DNA from: Marsupella aquatica
Taxonomy: Eukaryota > Plantae > Marchantiophyta
Direction of reading: 5' to 3'
Length of the DNA: 64,000 nucleotides
NCBI GenBank assembly: GCA_973895155.1
Contig: OZ316897.1
Location: 12,299,832-12,363,831 of the forward strand
This document shows, piece by piece, positions 58,426-64,000 of the stretch. The translations under genes were made by a program, and so were the position numbers. The notes beneath the pieces were generated by a model. It ran no database searches, was not told the origin of the DNA, and saw only the letters and a list, made by a program, of their open reading frames with translations. The stretch's first letter is position 1. Each line of letters opens with the position of its first letter.

Positions 58426-61290
58426 TAATTATGGGACAGCCAACGGTGTAGCACCTGCTCCTTCATTTTGCTCCTTATCAGTGCGTTCATTCATTCCTGA
58501 TCAAGGGCCTTGGACGGGCGGGGTGTGGATTGTCAACAGTATGTCGATTGAGAAAAATGGGAGGTTCATATCTCGAGAGGATGTGCTGATTCTTTGTCCT
58601 TACATTACGCAACTTGGCAATTATAGAAGAACACAATGGAGGGAGAACAGGAGAGAGATCAAGGAGGCATTCTCAATGAGAGGACCAAGATTCATGTGAC
58701 ATAAATTGTTGTCAATTCACACCCCACATGTCCATGAGTGTATGATTATAGTGTCACATTATTAACACGAATGACTTTACCGGCCTATTTAGAATGTCAG
58801 ACTTGTTCTCTTAAATTGTTTTACCTATGTCTCAAAACTAGAATGAGTATGATTGGCCTTTGTAAACTTCTGTAGCATTGATGTGTTGGCCATTCTCTCA
58901 GAAGCCTGTTTATTTTTCTTGGCTACCCTCCCTAACCTGACACATACATCCAAAAAGTGCCCTCTCCTAATAACTGGCCCCTCTATTGAGCACTAGTGCA
59001 TCACTTGTGCCTTTGGCATTAGTTCCTAAGATCACAAGTTCCTTCCATTTTGACAGGAGAAGCTCTCCAATTCACATAAAGCCTCACCAAACTGAGCTTT
59101 TATTATATGAGAGCCATTTGGGTTTGAGTCAAAGAGGTTTATGCTTGTGCACTGCTATGTATTTTGTTTGGGGAGCCGATCTGTGCTTGTTAAAGGACCA
59201 TCCACACTGCTGCTGTGTAACTGACATAATTGGCCTTTCCCAGCCAGACTACCAAATTCCCGCTTGCACTTGAGCTCTTCAGTATCTATAAGCCATATCA
59301 GCAAACTCACATGTTTGCATCTGACATGAGACATGGAAGTTTTCTCCCTGCCTCTGCCTTGGGAAATATTGGTTATGTCAATTTTCAGGCCCGAAAGGCT
59401 GCCACTTGTGCAAGACAAGTCCTGCTGTTCCTCTATTGATCTATGACAACCCCAAACACAGTTCCAAAAATGATATATCCCATCTTGAGACTGGAAAACT
59501 AGTGCGGATGATCTTAGGACTGGGAACAAACAGGGCTTGCGATATCCATCTTAGAATGTATTTTCCTTGGAACATCTCAGAAGATATTATGAACATCAAT
59601 TTGTTTTAAGGTGGTAACATTTGAACTTGCCAAATTCCACCTCGAGCAGAATCAAAGCTTTAATTCCCACTTTTGGCCAAAATGTGCCAGAGTTTTTGGG
59701 TTCCCTTGGGCAGTTTCCACCAAGGCACAGTCCCTATTATCCAGCATCTGAAGCTCTCCTTTAATTTAGGGAGATCTAGTGGTCTAGCTAGATTAATCTA
59801 GGATATTCTGATAGAATTCCTAGCATCTCCTCTCGACACAAGATAACATTTCCACCATAACAAAGGAAAGGTCACCATGCCGTTGAGTCTTTGACCCTCC
59901 GAGCCATTGAGAATATTCTATCCATCCATCCTGTCCTCCCTCTGGAGCGCTGCTGTTGTGGTGGTGACTGCTCTGGGTATTGATTATACTAACAGATTGT
60001 TCATCCACAAACCTCGCCACGTACAAACGGATGCCTAGTATGTAATTCACAAGGCGGAAGCGAAACTTGCTCCACCTGCCACACAACCATCAAGGCTGTA
60101 TGATGAGTCTTTTTAGTGGCAATATTTGCCAAAACCCACCTCTCTCAGAATCCTTTGCCACTTCTAGCTGAATTTAATTTTAAATTTTGTTGGAGCTCAT
60201 TAGCCAAACTACAGGGTCCAATAGTCACAATCTGATTGATGGCTCTCCTTAAATTAAATCTAGGGAATTGGGGAGGGTGATCAAAGAAATGGCCACAAGG
60301 AGCATTCTCCTCACAGACACGATGTACCATTGGCCAGACAAATGTTGAAGCTCCTTTAACCACTGCTGCCTGTATTTCAACAATGAGATACCAGTGTCTC
60401 TCATTGTACATTATGTATAGTGGCAATTTTTTGGTAATTTTTGGGAATTTGGTAACTCATTGTCATACTCATCAGTTGATCACAAGGGTCAATTCATGAC
60501 TCAAAATGTAGACCTACGATTATAGAAAAGGCTTCCAAAAATAGTTCTGTGAGGACTTTGCAAAAACGTTTGTTTTCATTGGCAAAAAATGAGCTTACAG
60601 TAAGTGAGTTACAAGGCATGCAGTAGAGAGAAGAGAGCACTCTTCACTCGGGCCTTTTATACCATGGCAAATTTTTGGCAAATGTTTAAATTTTTTGCCA
60701 ATTTTGCCAAATTTCACCTCACTCGAAAGTCTTAGCCATTTCTAGCAAAAAATCCTGCAAGTTTTTGTCTTTGCTTAACCAGTTTCCCACCAGCCAGAAT
60801 CTGATGATTGTCCTGAAATCTTGGGAGATCTAAGAGTTCAGAATTAAGTATGGGAATTACAGTAGATCAGGAACATTCTTGACATCTTCTCCTTTACCCA
60901 AGGTGATATTTGCCACCTTGGGTGAAAATAAAAACCTCATTAAATCCGGTTTTCACGCAACGATGAAACAAGGTGCTCCGTACGAATTAGTGATGCTCCA
61001 AATTCCTGGCGATGGTTGGCTTCACTGTCTGCTTTAATGGCAAAAATTTCATAGATTCCACCTTTCCTAAAGTAGTTTTTTTTTTCGTCCATTAGAATGT
61101 TCCCCCACCTAGCCACAGACCCCACTAGCCAGAATTTAAAAGCCAGTCCTTAAATGTAGGAGATCTGGCGGTCAGGATCAAACCTATGAATGTTATATAA
61201 CGAATATTCGTAGCATCTGCGAGGTGTCACGCAGGCGATAAAGAGAAAGCCTTAAAAAATGAAAAGTTAGTCTGTTCTGTAGTGAACAGT

Positions 61291-61992
61291 AGTGATGCTC
61301 GAAATTCCTGGCGATGGCTGTCGTCCTTTCCTTCGTCCTCCTGTCTCTCGTTCTGTCCTTCTCTAAATTCTAAAATCTTCTCCCCCACTGTTGTAGCTCC
61401 TCATGATTACTTGGGCGTCTCCCAAACTGCAGCGATGGCTGGCGTCCTCTCCTTCGTCCTCTTGTCTCCCGTTCTGTCCTCCTCTAAAACTTCTCCTCCT
61501 CTCCTCTACAAGCCTACAACTGTCGCTCCTCATGATTACTTCTCCCCACTGCAGCGATGGCTGGCGTCCTCTCCTTCATCCTCTTGTCTCCCGTTCTGTC
61601 CTTCTCTAAACTCGTCTCCTCGAGTACTATAGCTCATGATTGCTTGGGCGTCTCTCTTCTGCCACTCTCTCCAATGTCTACCGCTGCTCCAGTCTTACTG
61701 CCTGTAAATCCGGAGAGATTGATGCAGCGATGTCCCAAACATAATCTGTAGAAAGCGGAGGTAAAGGATTCGGGCCCAGTAAGGAACGAGACGAAGCGAA
61801 TTCTCTGAGGTTGCGAAACATCAGAGGGTCCGCCTACAACAACGGCAACTTACTTTCCGAGAGACACGTACGAGAGCAGACATTATTCTCCAGCTTCGAG
61901 GAGGAGACGGCCTGAAATTGCATTTAGGCAGGCTGCAACGACAGGCACTTTAGTTCAGACTTTGCACAGGACGAGAGTAGATTGTGTAAAGA
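61291..61992 (+). promoter_or_regulatory. Diverged inverted copy of the Trx-x upstream/5' UTR region (about 46660 to 45924), now upstream of the chimeric PGM
   Basis: Shared blocks include gatgctc.aaattcctggcgatggctgtcgtcc, gcctg.aaatccggagaga, agcggaggt.aaggatt.ggg, cgtacgagagcagacat and tagattgtg.aaagaATGtccgctgcg. The copy lacks about 270 bp of the parent and has a locally triplicated unit of about 121 bp. Confidence 0.8.
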
Positions 61993-63960
61993 ATGTCCGC
62001 TGCGTTGATTTCTGGATGGGGGACAGCGGCCGTTGGGGCCTCAGCCTCAGCTTCAGCTTCGGCTTTCCAATGCTCTAGGAAATTGGAACGGGCATCACCA
62101 ACAGCGCAGACTTTGATTCCGGTGGTTGGATTGGTGAACAAAACTAAAGATTGGAGCGCATTGCGGTTGCAGCGGCAGCCTCAGCAGCAAGACCGGCAGC
62201 AATCGTCGACGGTAGGAGCTGGCAGGCAGCAATGGATTGCACAAGCCAAGAACGAGGCATTGAGCGTTTGCAGACCATCGACCTCGACCCGCTTTTGGCG
62301 CATTGTGGCAGCAGCTCGTGGGTCAGCTGGAACAATTGCCGAACCAGAAGGATTTCAGGTACTCATCGTTGTTTCCGTTGTGGGTCTACCTCTCCGAAAC
62401 GGGGGCGAATTATGCATTTTCTGTAATTGATGATCCTCTTAATACCAATGCAATGCAGTAACCTTCGACGTGTGGTACTCTGGCGGGAATTATTTCCCTT
62501 GATAGGTTCTGCTGGACGTCAGTGTCTGAATACTTCACCTGCCTATCGCTCCACTTCCCCAGTAAACTTCTGTTCACGATCTTACCCGACTGCTCGCTAA
62601 ATAGTTGGAACCTCTTCCCGTTCTTCTCTGTCGGTACAGGTTACTGCGGTGCCAACGACCCCTATTGATGGTCAAAAGACAGGAACGAGTGGACTTAGGA
62701 AGAAAGTAAGCTTTCTCCATATTCCTTGAACAGGTGGTGGTTTTCATGGCAATTACGGTCTCTATGAACATATGCCTGTTGTCTATCATGATCTCTATGG
62801 CCTAGGACATTTACAAGCTCGGGTCCTAAGCATCTCTACTGTTTTTGAATTGAAGCATGTTGATGTGATCGATCGAGCAGTCTTTTAAACAGTCAACTCG
62901 TGAATCGTGTTTTCGATATTCTTCTTGGGATGGTCCTTTCGCAGGTGAAATTGTTCAAAGAGCCAAATTACTTGGCGAATTGGATTCAGGTAGTTTTTTT
63001 TCCCCTTCCCACTGGCCCAATCCTCGTGTTGTCCAATTTGCGGATCCGCGGAGTTTGAAATCAATCCTCTCATTCACGTACGAGATCCTAGATGTTTCAA
63101 AACTGCTTCTAGGATTTAGTGAGATTGTGGAGCAAAATGAGGAACACTTTTTTAGCTAAGAAGTTCTTTCTTAGAATTTATGGCGTGTGGATTTAATCAG
63201 CCAACACTGCCTTATGTCTGCAGTCATTGTTCAATTCTCTGCCACCTGAAGATGTGAGAGGAAGCACGCTGGTGCTTGGAGGTGATGGACGCTACTTCAA
63301 TAAAGAAGCATCGCAGGTATTTAGCTTGTAGTCTCGCAACTGACGTCTTTTCCCATGGCTTCAGGTTTGCCGCTATGCCATGTACCTGTTATGGGCCGTC
63401 TGACGATAGCATACCAGTTGCAACTGACTTCCCCGCTTCTTGATTGTAGATCATCATCAAAATATCGGCAGGAAATGGAGTGGGGAAGATCCTTGTTGGC
63501 AGGTTTGTTGTTCTTCTATCTTTTCCGAAGTGCAATTTTCTTGACACTAGTCATCGACTGGACTGTACCCACAAGTTGAACCAATTTTACGTAAAACGTC
63601 GCCGAGAGAAGGAATTTCTCATTGATTTCTCATGCCAAATTGGGTCCTAAATGAGTACGGCTAAATGCCTTTCAGACACGACCCATTAACTGCTCGCACA
63701 ATTGTAGTGTGGGTTTCAATCACAGTAGATTCTCCGTTGATGTCTGCCTGTAGACAGAGAATCTACTGTAATTAAACCCACACTGCTTTATTAGGTGTGA
63801 TAAGTGCTGTTAACAAGATACCTAATGGCCTGGTTTCCTTTGCAAAGATGGAACGATTTCTTGTAGTTTGTTCCCGAAAGTTCTTGCAATTAATTTAGGT
63901 TTATACAGGGAAGGCTATGCGTCTACCCCAGCAGTCTCAGCTATTATTCGCAAACGGAAG
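61993..63960 (+). CDS. Chimeric plastidial phosphoglucomutase paralog: Trx-x transit peptide fused to PGM; exons 61993-62358, 62640-62705, 62945-62989, 63224-63316, 63450-63502, 63909-63960; continues beyond the window
   Basis: Residues 1 to about 93 match the Trx-x N-terminus ([18 protein letters not shown]...[10 protein letters not shown]...VGAGRQQ.IAQA). The rest follows PGM: [13 protein letters not shown]|[22 protein letters not shown]|[15 protein letters not shown]|[31 protein letters not shown]|[18 protein letters not shown]|[17 protein letters not shown]. All borders are GT-AG and in frame. Confidence 0.88.
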
Positions 63961-64000
63961 GTGTGTTTATTTCCATCAACAGAATCTCCATATGGGTTTG

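Noticed and set aside
59300-60450. Possible transposase remnant between the two PGM genes
   Set aside because: Only short ORFs with no identifiable catalytic motif or termini.
61993-62430. ORF 61993..62430 as a second thioredoxin gene or Trx pseudogene
   Set aside because: No WCGPC or Trx fold. Homology switches to PGM at about 62299, and the ORF tail after 62358 is intron read-through.

Overview
Eukaryotic, intron-rich plant nuclear DNA; a non-seed land plant such as a liverwort is my inference from gene style, not something the sequence proves. Genes, left to right: (1) the 3' part of an ankyrin-repeat/PGG transmembrane (ACD6-like) gene; (2) an intronless TORNADO1-like LRR-Roc-COR (ROCO) GTPase; (3) about 17 kb of gene-poor, repeat-rich DNA; (4) an ATG8-interacting protein (ATI1/2-like) gene; (5) a cluster of head-to-tail Helitron-like elements; (6) a rhomboid-UBA protease (RBL15-like) gene; (7) plastid thioredoxin x; (8) a complete multi-exon plastidial phosphoglucomutase (PGM). 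The main finding is at the right end. On the opposite strand lies a chimeric gene: the upstream region and transit-peptide coding sequence of the neighbouring Trx-x gene are fused in frame to a duplicate of PGM. Its six visible exons have intact splice sites and frame. In exons 2-6 (103 codons), 18 codons differ synonymously from PGM and only 3 change an amino acid, which argues for a functional new gene that acquired a different promoter and plastid-targeting signal. All alignments and counts were done by eye.
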